From an uncultured Bacteroides sp. (GTDB taxonomy: Bacteria; Bacteroidota; Bacteroidia; Bacteroidales; Muribaculaceae), in NCBI GenBank assembly GCA_964391735.1, contig CAYMNF010000003.1, positions 2,798-66,797 of the forward strand: DNA of 64,000 nt. Reading direction: 5' to 3'. Of the stretch, positions 1 through 9,572 are shown one piece after another (within the stretch, counting starts at the first letter, position 1; every line of letters begins with the position of its first letter). The translations under genes were made by a program, and so were the position numbers. Below the pieces are notes generated by a model, which saw only the letters and a list, made by a program, of their open reading frames with translations, was not told the origin of the DNA and did no database searches.

Positions 1-836
1 ATGCGGCGTTTGGCACCTTGGGCTTTCTGCTCGGCAATGACATCGCTGCCGATGAAGCCACCCTCTTTGTCAAATTTGCAGAACATTGACAGAGAGCCCT
101 CGACGGGTGAAATCTCATCACTGAGTTCATGGCCATACAACGGGAGGCCAACCTCAAAGCGCAGGGTGTCACGGCATCCGAGGCCACAGGGCTCAACACC
201 GGCTTTCATCAACTTGTCCCACACACCGATAATGGTGTCGGCATCGGCATAAATCTCAAAACCATCCTCGCCGGTGTACCCCGTGCGGCTTACTATCATA
301 CCGTCGGGCAGCTGGGTGAAGTGATAGAATGCCAACCCTGACATGTCCAGGCCCAGAACCTCCTTGAGGACCTTCTCAGCCTCGGGCCCCTGCACGGCAA
401 GCTCGGCATAGCGCTCTGAGGCATCGTCTACGCGGCAGTCGGCACCCTCGTTTTTGTGGCATTCCAATATCCACTCGCGGTCCTTGTCGATATTGGCGGC
501 ATTGATCACCAGCAGGAACTTCTCGGGGTTGTAGCGATACACCAGCAGGTCATCCACGACACCGCCGTCGGGACGTGTCATCATGCCGTAGGCCACCTCC
601 CCGTCAGCCAGGGTGGCAACATCATTGGTGAAGATGCGGTTGACAAATTTCATTGCCTCGGGGCCTTCCACAAAAATCTCGCCCATGTGGCTAACGTCAA
701 AGACACCGCAGTGGTTGCGCACTGCATTGTGCTCCGGCTCAATCCCGGCATATTGGATGGGCATATCATACCCGGCAAATTCAGCCATTTGGGCTCCTTG
801 GGCTATGTGGCGCCCGTGCAGACAGGTTTCTTTCAT
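1..836 (-). CDS. gcvT: Aminomethyltransferase (glycine cleavage system T protein); 3' end runs off the window
   Basis: Own minus-strand translation from ATG at 834-836 reads MKETCLHGRHIAQGAQMAEFAGYDMPIQYAGIEPEHNAVRNHCGVFDVSHMGEIFVEGPEA... and stays open to position 1. It is absent from the ORF track because no stop lies in the window. The + ORFs 456..902 and 613..948 are antisense shadows. Confidence 0.85.
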   Translation of the reverse strand, partial: MKETCLHGRHIAQGAQMAEFAGYDMPIQYAGIEPEHNAVRNHCGVFDVSHMGEIFVEGPEAMKFVNRIFTNDVATLADGEVAYGMMTRPDGGVVDDLLVYRYNPEKFLLVINAANIDKDREWILECHKNEGADCRVDDASERYAELAVQGPEAEKVLKEVLGLDMSGLAFYHFTQLPDGMIVSRTGYTGEDGFEIYADADTIIGVWDKLMKAGVEPCGLGCRDTLRFEVGLPLYGHELSDEISPVEGSLSMFCKFDKEGGFIGSDVIAEQKAQGAKRR

Positions 837-859
837 GGTTTATATATTTATGGTTGCGG

Positions 860-867
860 CAAAGATA
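860..867 (-). promoter_or_regulatory. Candidate Bacteroidetes -7 promoter box (TATCTTTG) for gcvT
   Basis: Plus strand reads CAAAGATA, which is TAnnTTTG on the minus strand, about 24 nt upstream of the gcvT ATG. Confidence 0.35.
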
Positions 868-968
868 AACATTTCCCGCTTAACAGCAAAGGTGAAAAAT
901 GAAAGAGACACAGTGCTTTTTCACCCCTTTTTTCACCCCCTGTTTTAGGTGGTATGCGCGGAAATGTT

Positions 969-976
969 TACTTTTG
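969..976 (+). promoter_or_regulatory. Candidate -7 promoter box (TACTTTTG) for the YqeY-like gene
   Basis: TAnnTTTG match 27 nt upstream of the ATG at 1003. It lies inside the longer ORF-track model starting at 949, which argues for the 1003 start. Confidence 0.4.
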
Positions 977-1002
977 CCGTGAACAAGAAAATTTTTATTG
1001 AG

Positions 1003-1452
1003 ATGGATCTTTTTGAAAAGGTCAGTGCCGACATAAAATCGGCCATGTTGGCGCGCCAAAAAGTGCGCCTTGAGGCCCTCAGGGGCATTAAGAAGGAGTT
1101 TCTCGAGGCCAAAACCGCTAAAGGTGGTGACGGGACTCTCCCCGACGACGCTGCCATGAAGATTTTGGCCAAAATGGCTAAACAACGCCGCGAGACGGCC
1201 GTGATTTATCAGGAGCAAAACCGTAACGACTTGGCTGAAAACGAGCTTGCCGAGGCGGCCGTTATTGAGGAGTACCTCCCCAAACGCCTCAGTGCCGAGC
1301 AACTTGAGGCCGAGGTGAAGAAAATAATCAGCGAGACCGGTGCAACCTCAATGAAGGATATGGGCCGCGTGATGGGTGTGGCCTCAAAGGCCCTGGCCGG
1401 ACAGGCTGACGGGAAAGATATTTCAAACATTGTGAAGAAGCTGTTGGGTTGA
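1003..1452 (+). CDS. GatB/YqeY domain-containing protein
   Basis: MDLFEKVSADIKSAMLARQKVRLEALRGIKKEF...MKDMGRVMGVASKALAGQADGKDISNIVKKLL is the typical YqeY pattern. Start moved to the internal Met19 of ORF 949..1452. Confidence 0.75.
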   Translation: MDLFEKVSADIKSAMLARQKVRLEALRGIKKEFLEAKTAKGGDGTLPDDAAMKILAKMAKQRRETAVIYQEQNRNDLAENELAEAAVIEEYLPKRLSAEQLEAEVKKIISETGATSMKDMGRVMGVASKALAGQADGKDISNIVKKLLG

Positions 1453-1497
1453 TACACCGCCCACACCTTTGTTCGCACTCTTTAATCACCGTAGACA

Positions 1498-2769
1498 ATG
1501 CTTACTATACAACAGATAAAGGAGGATCCCGCACGTGCAATCGAGCGCCTGGCCGTGAAAGGTTTTGACGGCAAGGAGGCTGTTACCCGCGTATTGGAGC
1601 TTGATGATACCCGCCGGGCCCTGCAACTTGAAAACGATAACCGCGCTGCCGAGCTCAACAAGGCTGCCGCCTCGATCGGTGCCCTGATGCGTCAGGGGTT
1701 GAAGGATGAGGCTGCCGCAGCAAAGGAGCATGTGGCTGAACTCAAGACCCTGCAGAAACAGACCGCTGACCGCCTGGCGGCAGTGGTTGAGGAGCAGCAC
1801 CAGCTGTTGCTCACCATCCCCAACCTGCCCAACGATGCTGTTCCCCACGGCCTCACCGCCGCCGACAATGTGGTGGAGAAGGAGGGCGGCCCGATGCCGC
1901 AGCTGCCCGAGGATGCCCTGCCCCACTGGGATTTGGCCAAGAAGTATAACCTTATTGATTTTGACCTTGGCGTAAAAATTACCGGCGCCGGATTCCCCGT
2001 ATACCTTGGCAAAGGGGCAAAGTTGCAAAGGGCCCTGATACAGTTCTTCCTTGACGAGGCCTCAAAGGCCGGGTATCTTGAGGTGCAACCCCCCTACGTT
2101 GTCAACGAGGCATCGGGCATAGGCACCGGTCAGCTCCCCGACAAGGAGGGGCAGATGTATCACTGCCAGTTGGATAACCTATATCTTATCCCCACGGCTG
2201 AGGTCCCCGTCACCAACCTGTACCGTGACGTTATCCTGACCGCTGACCGCCTGCCGGTGAAGAACTGTGCCTACTCAGCCTGCTTCCGCCGTGAGGCCGG
2301 CAGCTATGGCAAGGATGTGCTCGGCCTCAACCGTCTGCACCAGTTTGACAAGGTTGAGATTGTGCGTATTGAGCGGCCCGAGGATTCATACGCCGCGCTT
2401 GAGGAGATGAAGGACCATGTGCAGTCCTTGTTGGACAAATTGGGATTGCCCTGGCACATTCTTCGCCTATGCGGCGGCGACATGAGCTTTACCTCAGCCA
2501 TAACCTTTGACTTTGAGGTATGGTCAGCAGCACAGAAACGCTGGCTTGAGGTATCATCGGTCAGCAACTTTGAGACCTATCAGGCCAACCGCCTGAAGTG
2601 CCGTTATCGCGGCGAGGATAAGAAGACCCACCTTGTACATACCCTCAACGGGTCGGCCCTGGCATTGCCGCGCATCATGGCCGCTATACTCGAGAACAAC
2701 CAGACCCCGCAGGGGATTGTTGTACCTGAGGTCCTGCGCAAGTACACCGGGTTTGACATCATAGACTGA
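1498..2769 (+). CDS. serS: Serine--tRNA ligase
   Basis: 423 aa with an N-terminal coiled-coil arm and class II core motifs (FRREAGSYGKD, TAEVP, LNGSALALPRIMAAILENNQ). Confidence 0.95.
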   Translation: MLTIQQIKEDPARAIERLAVKGFDGKEAVTRVLELDDTRRALQLENDNRAAELNKAAASIGALMRQGLKDEAAAAKEHVAELKTLQKQTADRLAAVVEEQHQLLLTIPNLPNDAVPHGLTAADNVVEKEGGPMPQLPEDALPHWDLAKKYNLIDFDLGVKITGAGFPVYLGKGAKLQRALIQFFLDEASKAGYLEVQPPYVVNEASGIGTGQLPDKEGQMYHCQLDNLYLIPTAEVPVTNLYRDVILTADRLPVKNCAYSACFRREAGSYGKDVLGLNRLHQFDKVEIVRIERPEDSYAALEEMKDHVQSLLDKLGLPWHILRLCGGDMSFTSAITFDFEVWSAAQKRWLEVSSVSNFETYQANRLKCRYRGEDKKTHLVHTLNGSALALPRIMAAILENNQTPQGIVVPEVLRKYTGFDIID

Positions 2770-2777
2770 CGCTGGAG

Positions 2778-4271
2778 GTGGCCGGGGTAAAATCGTTGGC
2801 CAAGGACACTGTCGTTTACGGTGCTTCCTCCATAATAGGGCGCTTTCTCAACTGGTGCCTGGTGCCCCTGTACACGGGTGTGTTTGCCGCATCGCAGTAC
2901 GGTCTGGTAACATACATCTACTCAATCGTTGCCTTGGCGTTGATTGTCCTGACGTACGGCATGGAGACAGGCTTCTTCAGGTTTGCCAACCATGACGATT
3001 TCCAGGACCGGCCCATGGAGGTATACTCGACGGCACTGACCTCATTAGGGGTGTCGTCGGGCATCTTTTTAGTGGCGGTGCTGGTTTTTCAACAGCCCGT
3101 CAGCAATGCCCTTGAGTGTCGCGGACATGAGGATTACATTGCGCTGATGGCCACCGCAGTGGCTATTGACGCCTTCACGGCCATACCGTTCAGCTATCTG
3201 CGCTATGCACGTCGCCCGATACGTTTCGCCACCCTCAAGGTCATTTCCATATTTCTGAACATCGGGCTCAACCTGTTCTGGATTTTGCTGTGCCCGTGGC
3301 TCGATGCGCAATCCCCCGGTTGTGTCTCCTGGTGCTGGAGCCCCGACTACGGCATCGGCTACATCTTTCTGGCTAATCTTATCAGCTCGGCCGCCATGTT
3401 GGTGCTTCTGTACCCTGAGCTGCACGGATTCCCCTGGCGTTTCAACAGCAACCTGTGGCGCAGAATGCTTGTTTACTCCTGGCCGCTGTTGGTGTTGGGG
3501 ATAGCCGGCATAATGAACCAGACGATTGACAAGATTCTTTTCCCATACCTGTTCAGCGACAAGGCACAGGCCATGCAGCAACTTGGTATCTATGGGGCAA
3601 ACTACAAGATTGCCATTGTAATGGTGATGTTTATCCAGGCATTCAGGTTTGCATACGAGCCGTTTATCTTTTCGCGAAAAAAGGGTCAGCAAATGACCGA
3701 CAGATATGCCGAGTATCGCAGTGCCATGAAGTGGTTTGTCATTGCCGCCATGGTAATCTTCCTGGCCGTCATGTTCTACCTTGATATTCTGCGCTACTTC
3801 ATCTCCCCGCGCTATTTCTCAGGCCTTAAGGTTGTGCCGATAATAATGTTGGCAGAGTTTTTCTTCGGCATATTCTTCAACCTGAGCCTCTGGTACAAAC
3901 TTACCGACCAGACCCGATGGGGGATGTGGTTCTCGTTGGGAGGGCTCTGCGTCACGTTGGCACTGAATATACTGCTTGTGCCCTACTTCGGGTACATGGG
4001 TTGTGCATGGGCGGCATTTGCCTGCTATGGCTGCATGATGATTGCCAGCTACATAGTGGGCCGCATCAAGCACCCCATCGGGTATAACGTCCCCCGCCTG
4101 TTATGCTATTTTGGCGGCGCTCTGCTGCTATGGGGTGTTGCCGTGTTGACAACCACCGGCTACCGATGGTTTGACATGCTGGTTGTGCGCACCCCGTTGT
4201 TGCTGCTGTATGTGTATGTAGCTTTGCGCGCTGAGGGTATCTCATTGTCAAGATTGCGTCAACGGGTATGA
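2778..4271 (+). CDS. Polysaccharide/oligosaccharide flippase family membrane protein (Wzx/MOP-like)
   Basis: 497 aa, GTG start, many predicted TM helices, N-terminus KDTVVYGASSIIGRFLNWCLVPLYT typical of Bacteroidetes polysaccharide biosynthesis proteins. Confidence 0.6.
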   Translation: MAGVKSLAKDTVVYGASSIIGRFLNWCLVPLYTGVFAASQYGLVTYIYSIVALALIVLTYGMETGFFRFANHDDFQDRPMEVYSTALTSLGVSSGIFLVAVLVFQQPVSNALECRGHEDYIALMATAVAIDAFTAIPFSYLRYARRPIRFATLKVISIFLNIGLNLFWILLCPWLDAQSPGCVSWCWSPDYGIGYIFLANLISSAAMLVLLYPELHGFPWRFNSNLWRRMLVYSWPLLVLGIAGIMNQTIDKILFPYLFSDKAQAMQQLGIYGANYKIAIVMVMFIQAFRFAYEPFIFSRKKGQQMTDRYAEYRSAMKWFVIAAMVIFLAVMFYLDILRYFISPRYFSGLKVVPIIMLAEFFFGIFFNLSLWYKLTDQTRWGMWFSLGGLCVTLALNILLVPYFGYMGCAWAAFACYGCMMIASYIVGRIKHPIGYNVPRLLCYFGGALLLWGVAVLTTTGYRWFDMLVVRTPLLLLYVYVALRAEGISLSRLRQRV

Positions 4272-4762
4272 GGCGTACCGGGTTTTTCCTCCTCGCTATC
4301 GTAACGGTGTTTGCATTCGCCTTTGCCGCGCCTCCGCGACGCACAATGCGTACCCTGCGCACCGGCCGCAAGTCAGTTGCTGTTGACACCGTGGTGCCGG
4401 TCGTGGTCGCGCCGTGGGACACCATTGTCCCGGCAACGGGCAGCGTGCGCATTGCCGGTTTTGAAAAGACATTGCGCGCCCGCAAGGAGTCCTTTTTCAT
4501 GACCAACAATACCGGCGACACCCTGAACAAGGTTTGTCTGGAGATAAGATATCGTGACGTGAAAGGACGACAACTGCACAACCGCACACTGTGGGTTGAT
4601 GCCGAGTTGCCTCCCGGGGGCACGCGCCATTACGACATCCCGGCCTGGGACCGCCAGCAGACATTCTATTACCGGATACACCCGCGCCCCAAGCGTTCAG
4701 ACGCCGTGCCCTTTGACGTTGACATCACCGTCACGTCAGCCACTATAATTCGTAAACATTAA
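4268..4762 (+). CDS. Hypothetical secreted protein
   Basis: 164 aa with signal-peptide-like N-terminus MRRTGFFLLAIVTVFAFAFAAPP. Its start overlaps the flippase stop by 4 nt (ATGA). Confidence 0.5.
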   Translation: MRRTGFFLLAIVTVFAFAFAAPPRRTMRTLRTGRKSVAVDTVVPVVVAPWDTIVPATGSVRIAGFEKTLRARKESFFMTNNTGDTLNKVCLEIRYRDVKGRQLHNRTLWVDAELPPGGTRHYDIPAWDRQQTFYYRIHPRPKRSDAVPFDVDITVTSATIIRKH

Positions 4763-4783
4763 CAAGCTTTAAATCATATACTT

Positions 4784-5359
4784 ATGGAAAACGATAAATT
4801 CCAACCCACCATATTGTCCGTTCGCGGATACACCCCCAAAATCGGGCCGAATTGCTTCATAGCTCCTACGGCAGTAATAGTCGGTGACGTAACTATCGGC
4901 GAGGACTGCTCAATATGGTTCAACACCGTTCTGCGCGGCGACGTCAACAAAATCACCATTGGCAACCGTGTCAACATCCAGGACGGCTCGGTGCTGCACA
5001 CCCTTTACCGTAAATCGGTATGCCACCTTGGGGATGATGTGTCGGTTGGCCACAATGTAACCCTGCACGGTTGCCGTGTTGAGAACCAGGCCCTGATAGG
5101 GATGGGTGCTATTGTTATGGACGATGCCGTGGTCGGTGAGGGAGCGCTTGTTGCTGCCGGCTCGGTTGTGTTGTCACGCACCAAGATTGGGCCCCACGAG
5201 ATGTGGGCCGGTGCACCCGCCAAGTTTGTAAAGAAGGTTGACCCGCAACAGGCTGCCGAGCTCAACCGCAAGATTGCGCACAACTACCTGATGTATTCAC
5301 GGTGGTTTACCGAGCCTGAGTCGGTACTGCCCGAGGATATGAATCCCGAGCTGGATTAA
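4784..5359 (+). CDS. Gamma carbonic anhydrase family / hexapeptide-repeat protein (YrdA/PaaY-like)
   Basis: 191 aa with left-handed beta-helix hexapeptide repeats (IAPTAVIVGDVTIGEDCSIWFNTVLRGDVNKITIGNRVNIQDGSVLH). Confidence 0.8.
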   Translation: MENDKFQPTILSVRGYTPKIGPNCFIAPTAVIVGDVTIGEDCSIWFNTVLRGDVNKITIGNRVNIQDGSVLHTLYRKSVCHLGDDVSVGHNVTLHGCRVENQALIGMGAIVMDDAVVGEGALVAAGSVVLSRTKIGPHEMWAGAPAKFVKKVDPQQAAELNRKIAHNYLMYSRWFTEPESVLPEDMNPELD

Positions 5360-5829
5360 TCATGGTGATAATTCTCACCGCGTAGAATTGTCATTGCGCG
5401 GTAAATCTGTTCAGCCATGAACAGCCGTATCATCTCATGCGTAAATGTCATTTTAGACAGTGACACCTGCGCATCGGCCCTGTCATATACCGCCGGCGAG
5501 AAGCCAAAGGGGCCACCGATGACAAACACCAGGCGCCGCACGCCACGGTTGGCATCGTTGTCAATACGCCGGGCGAATTCGGTTGATGTCATCAGGGTGC
5601 CACGTTCGTCAAGCAACACCAGGCGGTCCCCCGCCTGCAGCCTCTCCAAGATAGCCGCCCCCTCGAGCTCTTTGCGCCGGGATGCCGGCAGTGCGGCTGC
5701 ATTTTTAACATCCGGCACAATCAGCAACTGCACGGGCATATAGCGGTTGGCGCGCTTTATGTATTCATCGATCCCTTTCTGCAGATATTGGGTGGTAGTC
5801 TTGCCCACAGCCATGATTACAATCTTCAT
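5356..5829 (-). CDS. rlmH: 23S rRNA (pseudouridine1915-N3)-methyltransferase
   Basis: MKIVIMAVGKT...LVFVIGGPFGFS...LSKMTFTHEMIRL...EQIYRAMTILRGENYHH, 157 aa from the internal Met of ORF 5356..5871. Confidence 0.85.
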   Translation of the reverse strand: MKIVIMAVGKTTTQYLQKGIDEYIKRANRYMPVQLLIVPDVKNAAALPASRRKELEGAAILERLQAGDRLVLLDERGTLMTSTEFARRIDNDANRGVRRLVFVIGGPFGFSPAVYDRADAQVSLSKMTFTHEMIRLFMAEQIYRAMTILRGENYHHD

Positions 5830-5880
5830 GCCCCAAAGGTACTTTTTTGCCGCAAAAACGCCAAAGTCCACCGCTAATCT

Positions 5881-5906
5881 CTCGGTAAACTTTCTCGGTA
5901 AACTTT
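5881..5906. repeat. Tandem direct repeat, 2 x 13 bp (CTCGGTAAACTTT)
   Basis: Read directly in the rlmH/prs divergent intergenic region. Confidence 0.7.
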
Positions 5907-5940
5907 GCCGGGGGCCGTTGCGGCAATCCCCTTTTTTCTT

Positions 5941-5948
5941 TACTTTTG
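5941..5948 (+). promoter_or_regulatory. Candidate -7 promoter box (TACTTTTG) for prs
   Basis: TAnnTTTG match 53 nt upstream of the ATG at 6001. It lies inside the longer ORF-track model (5905), supporting the 6001 start. Confidence 0.4.
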
Positions 5949-6000
5949 CACAAGAAAACCCTTAATCTTTCAATTACCACTCCAATTATTTTCCATTGTT

Positions 6001-6942
6001 ATGATTACCCTTCCCCCTTTTAAAGTATTTGCCGGAGCAGCCTCAGAGTACATGGCCCGCGAAATCTGTGAAGATCTGGGCGTTGAACTGGGCAAAATGA
6101 ACATTCAACACTTCGCCGACGGCGAGTTTGAGGTTTCTTTTGAGGAGTCAATCCGCGGTTGCGAGGTCTTTCTGGTGCAATCCACTTTCTCACCCACCGA
6201 GAACCTGATGGAGCTGTTGCTGATGATTGATGCCGCCAAGCGAGCATCTGCCGACAAGGTCATCGCCGTTCTGCCATACTTCGGGTGGGCGCGTCAGGAC
6301 CGCAAGGATAAGCCCCGCGTATCAATCGGAGCCAAGCTGGTGGCAAACTTGCTGAGCGTGGCCGGGGTAGACCGCATTATCACAATGGACCTGCATGCCG
6401 ACCAGATACAGGGCTTCTTTGATGTTCCCCTGGACCACCTGTATGCCTCAAACGTCTTTATCCCCTACATCCAGAGCCTCAACCTGCAGGATTTGGTCAT
6501 CGCCACCCCCGATGTCGGCGGTGCAAAAAGGGCAAACTCATACGCCAAATATCTTGATGCCCCGCTGGTACTGTGCCACAAGCAACGTGAGCGCGCCAAC
6601 GTGGTTGCAAAAATGACCGTTATCGGCGATGTTAAAAACAAGGATGTTGTCCTCATCGATGACATGGTGGACACCGCCGGCACCATTACCCGTGCCGCCG
6701 ACCTGATGATGGAGCACGGCGCCCGCTCGGTGCGCGCCCTTTGCAGCCACGCCATTATGAGCGACCCCGCAAGCCAAAGGGTAATGGACTCAGCGTTGTC
6801 CGAGATTATCTTTACCAACTCAATCCCCTTCACCAAAGAGTGTCCCAAGGCCACCATCCTGTCTGTTGCAAGCCTGTTTGCCAACACCATACGCCAGGTG
6901 CACAACCATGAGTCAATCTCAAACAGCTACCTGATACGCTAA
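6001..6942 (+). CDS. prs: Ribose-phosphate pyrophosphokinase
   Basis: Motifs DLHADQIQGFFDVPLDHL, VLIDDMVDTAGT and YFGWARQDRK; 313 aa from the internal Met33. Confidence 0.93.
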   Translation: MITLPPFKVFAGAASEYMAREICEDLGVELGKMNIQHFADGEFEVSFEESIRGCEVFLVQSTFSPTENLMELLLMIDAAKRASADKVIAVLPYFGWARQDRKDKPRVSIGAKLVANLLSVAGVDRIITMDLHADQIQGFFDVPLDHLYASNVFIPYIQSLNLQDLVIATPDVGGAKRANSYAKYLDAPLVLCHKQRERANVVAKMTVIGDVKNKDVVLIDDMVDTAGTITRAADLMMEHGARSVRALCSHAIMSDPASQRVMDSALSEIIFTNSIPFTKECPKATILSVASLFANTIRQVHNHESISNSYLIR

Positions 6943-6981
6943 TAGCCCGATTTTTATAACACACAAACCTGAAATAGAACC

Positions 6982-9069
6982 ATGAAACGCAGCCTCATCA
7001 CCGCAATGGCCGCGGCGGCAGTAACAGCGGCCACAGCGGCCGATGCGCCCATAATCGAGCGCCCGGACTTCACCATGCCTGAGGGGGGAACTTTCTCAAT
7101 TGAGGCCCTCGAGGCCCTCGGGAAGGTGAGCAACGCCCAGCTGTCGCCTGACGGATACACCCTGCTGTTTGGCATAGCATACGAGAGTGTCGAGCAGAAC
7201 AAGAGCAACAATGACCTCTACACCATAGACATACGTCGTCCCGGTGTCCCCACACGCCTCACCCGCACACCTGCCAGTGAGGATGGCGCCGTATGGATTG
7301 ACGGTGGCAAGACAATAGCCTTCACCTATCCCGATGACAATCAGAAACCGCAGCTGTGGGTGATGGATGCCAACGGCGAGAATCGTCGCCAGGTGTCACA
7401 CCTCGAAAAGGGAATTGAGGGTTTCCTTTTCTCTCCCGACCAGAAGCATGTGCTGATGATACAGACCGTCAAGTATGCCCGCCAGGCTAAGGACATCTAC
7501 CCCGACCTGCCAAAGGCCACCGGGCGCCTCATTGACGACCTGATGTATAAACACTGGGATGAGTGGGTAACCGAGATTCCCCACCCCTGGATTGCCGAGT
7601 TTGACGGTGCAACGGTTTCAGACCCCGTGGACATCCTGCAGGATGAACCGTTTGAGAGCCCCATGCGGCCTTGGGGAGGCATTGAGTCTTTTGCATGGAC
7701 CAAGGACTCGAAGTCGGTGGTATATGTGTGCCGCAAAAAGACCGGCAAGGATTATGCCGTGTCAACCAACAGCGACCTTTACCTCTATGACCTGGCTACA
7801 CGTCAGTGTCGCAACCTCACCGAGGGTATGATGGGTTATGACACCTGCCCGGCAATCTCACCCGACGGACGTACCCTGGCTTGGCTGTCAATGGAGCATG
7901 ACGGATATGAGAGTGACAAGAACCGCATCTTTACCATGGATATGGCCACCGGCGTTAAGACCGACCTCACCGCCGACTGGGATTATTCGGTGGACAAAAT
8001 CGTGTGGGCTCCCGACTCAAAGAGCATCTTCTTCATAGCTCCCAAGGATGGTGTTACACCCATATTCAACATCAATGTTGCCAATCACAAGGTAACGGTC
8101 ATCAACGATGACATCTGTGACTATGCCGAGGTTATCCCCACCCGCGACGCCCGTGAGCAGATAGCCCTGCGCCACTCCATGCTCTATCCCAACGAGGTCT
8201 ACAGCATCAAAGGCGGTAAGGCTACCCAACTCACCGATGTCAACACGGCTATCCTTGGCCCGATGAAGAAACCGCAGGTTGTTAAACGTCTTGTCCCCAC
8301 CACCGATGGCAAGAAGATGACCACCTGGGTGTTGCTTCCCCCCGATTTTGACGCTGAGAAGCAATACCCCTCAATCCTGTATTGCCAGGGTGGCCCGCAG
8401 AGCCCTGTCAGCCAGTTCTGGAGCACACGCTGGAACCTGTGCCTGATGGCCTCAAACGGCTATGTTGTCATCGCCCCCAACCGCCGCGGTCTGCCCGGTT
8501 TCGGTACCGAGTGGAACGCCCAGATTTCAGGCGACTACCCCGGCCAGAATATGCAGGATTACCTGTCGGCCGTTGACGACATGAAGCGTGAACAGTACAT
8601 TGACCCGGCCCGTATCGGTGCCGTGGGTGCATCATACGGCGGATTCTCGGTTTATTGGCTGGCCGGACACCATGACAAGCGTTTCGCTGCCTTCATTGCC
8701 CACGCCGGCATCTTCAACATCGAGGCTCAGTATCTTGAGACCGAGGAGATGTGGTTTGCCAACTGGGACCTTGGTGGGCCGTACTGGGACAAAGAGAACC
8801 CCGTGGCTCAGCGCACATTCGCCTCATCGCCCCACCTCGCTGTCGACAAATGGGATACCCCCATACTGGTTACCCACGGTGAATATGACTTCCGCATCCT
8901 TGCCTCACAGGGCATGATGGCTTTCAATGCCGCCCGCTTGCGCGGTGTCCCCGCCGAGATGCTGATTTTCCCCGATGAGAATCACTGGATTCTGAAGCCC
9001 CAGAATGCCGTCATGTGGCAACGGGTGTTCTTCCGTTGGCTGGATCGCTGGCTTAAAGGCGAGAAATAA
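6982..9069 (+). CDS. S9 family serine peptidase (prolyl oligopeptidase/acylaminoacyl-peptidase type) with signal peptide
   Basis: 695 aa with an N-terminal beta-propeller-like region and a C-terminal alpha/beta hydrolase. The latter carries a GASYGG nucleophile elbow, THGEYDFR (Asp) and PDENHWI (His). Confidence 0.85.
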   Translation: MKRSLITAMAAAAVTAATAADAPIIERPDFTMPEGGTFSIEALEALGKVSNAQLSPDGYTLLFGIAYESVEQNKSNNDLYTIDIRRPGVPTRLTRTPASEDGAVWIDGGKTIAFTYPDDNQKPQLWVMDANGENRRQVSHLEKGIEGFLFSPDQKHVLMIQTVKYARQAKDIYPDLPKATGRLIDDLMYKHWDEWVTEIPHPWIAEFDGATVSDPVDILQDEPFESPMRPWGGIESFAWTKDSKSVVYVCRKKTGKDYAVSTNSDLYLYDLATRQCRNLTEGMMGYDTCPAISPDGRTLAWLSMEHDGYESDKNRIFTMDMATGVKTDLTADWDYSVDKIVWAPDSKSIFFIAPKDGVTPIFNINVANHKVTVINDDICDYAEVIPTRDAREQIALRHSMLYPNEVYSIKGGKATQLTDVNTAILGPMKKPQVVKRLVPTTDGKKMTTWVLLPPDFDAEKQYPSILYCQGGPQSPVSQFWSTRWNLCLMASNGYVVIAPNRRGLPGFGTEWNAQISGDYPGQNMQDYLSAVDDMKREQYIDPARIGAVGASYGGFSVYWLAGHHDKRFAAFIAHAGIFNIEAQYLETEEMWFANWDLGGPYWDKENPVAQRTFASSPHLAVDKWDTPILVTHGEYDFRILASQGMMAFNAARLRGVPAEMLIFPDENHWILKPQNAVMWQRVFFRWLDRWLKGEK

Positions 9070-9572
9070 TGTCAAAAACCAAAGTAAAAAAGGCCCTCGG
9101 CGAGCTGACACGTGAACAGCTCGTCGAGGTTTTGCTTGATTTATATTCAGCACGTACGCAGGCCCGAGACTGGCTGAACTTCTTTGCTGAACCCAACACG
9201 CAGACAGCCAAGGAGAAAGCTATTGATGCCGCCCTTAAGGAGTGCCGCCGCTCAAAGTGGGGCCGCTCACGCATGCGCATCTCGGTGTTGAACAACCTCA
9301 GCAAGGAATTTGAAACCTTAGGGGTGGATACCCCGGATGTGATTGACCTGCGCCTGACTATATGCAACTTCCTGTGCCAGGTTGACAGCGCCTTTTATCT
9401 TTCTGAAGCCCAGACTGAGTCAATAAAGAAGTACTTTGTCAAAACGCTTGAGATTGCTTTGGGAGCCGGAACATTGCCCAAAGTACAAGCAAGGATGCAG
9501 GAGATGGCCGAGGTGGCCCGGGCGGGATCGGCCCTGCGGCGGTTCCTGATGGACCCCGGTCAGAACGGGTAG
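9069..9572 (+). CDS. Hypothetical cytoplasmic protein (helical; family not identifiable by eye)
   Basis: 167-aa ORF whose start overlaps the peptidase stop (TAATG). No motif recognised. Confidence 0.5.
   Translation: MSKTKVKKALGELTREQLVEVLLDLYSARTQARDWLNFFAEPNTQTAKEKAIDAALKECRRSKWGRSRMRISVLNNLSKEFETLGVDTPDVIDLRLTICNFLCQVDSAFYLSEAQTESIKKYFVKTLEIALGAGTLPKVQARMQEMAEVARAGSALRRFLMDPGQNG

Noticed and set aside
456-948. Plus-strand ORFs 456..902 and 613..948 (148 and 111 aa), and ORFs 1..252 and 129..341.
   Set aside because: They lie antisense or out of frame to a clear gcvT reading frame on the minus strand. Their translations are low-complexity and His/Gly-rich with no family resemblance.
837-1002. 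Possible glycine riboswitch upstream of gcvT.
   Set aside because: Only about 17-25 nt separate the candidate promoter from the ATG. The region lacks the conserved glycine-aptamer GGAGAG...CACCG core; it holds only a short direct repeat (TTTTTCACCCC x2, 918..941).
949-1002. N-terminal extensions in ORF-track models (949, 5871, 5905, 18095, 30138, 32115, 36646, 39631, 48746, 53496, 60010).
   Set aside because: Internal Met starts give canonical N-termini or signal peptides. In several cases a TAnnTTTG box or a terminator lies inside the extension. The shorter starts are reported, but remain unverified.
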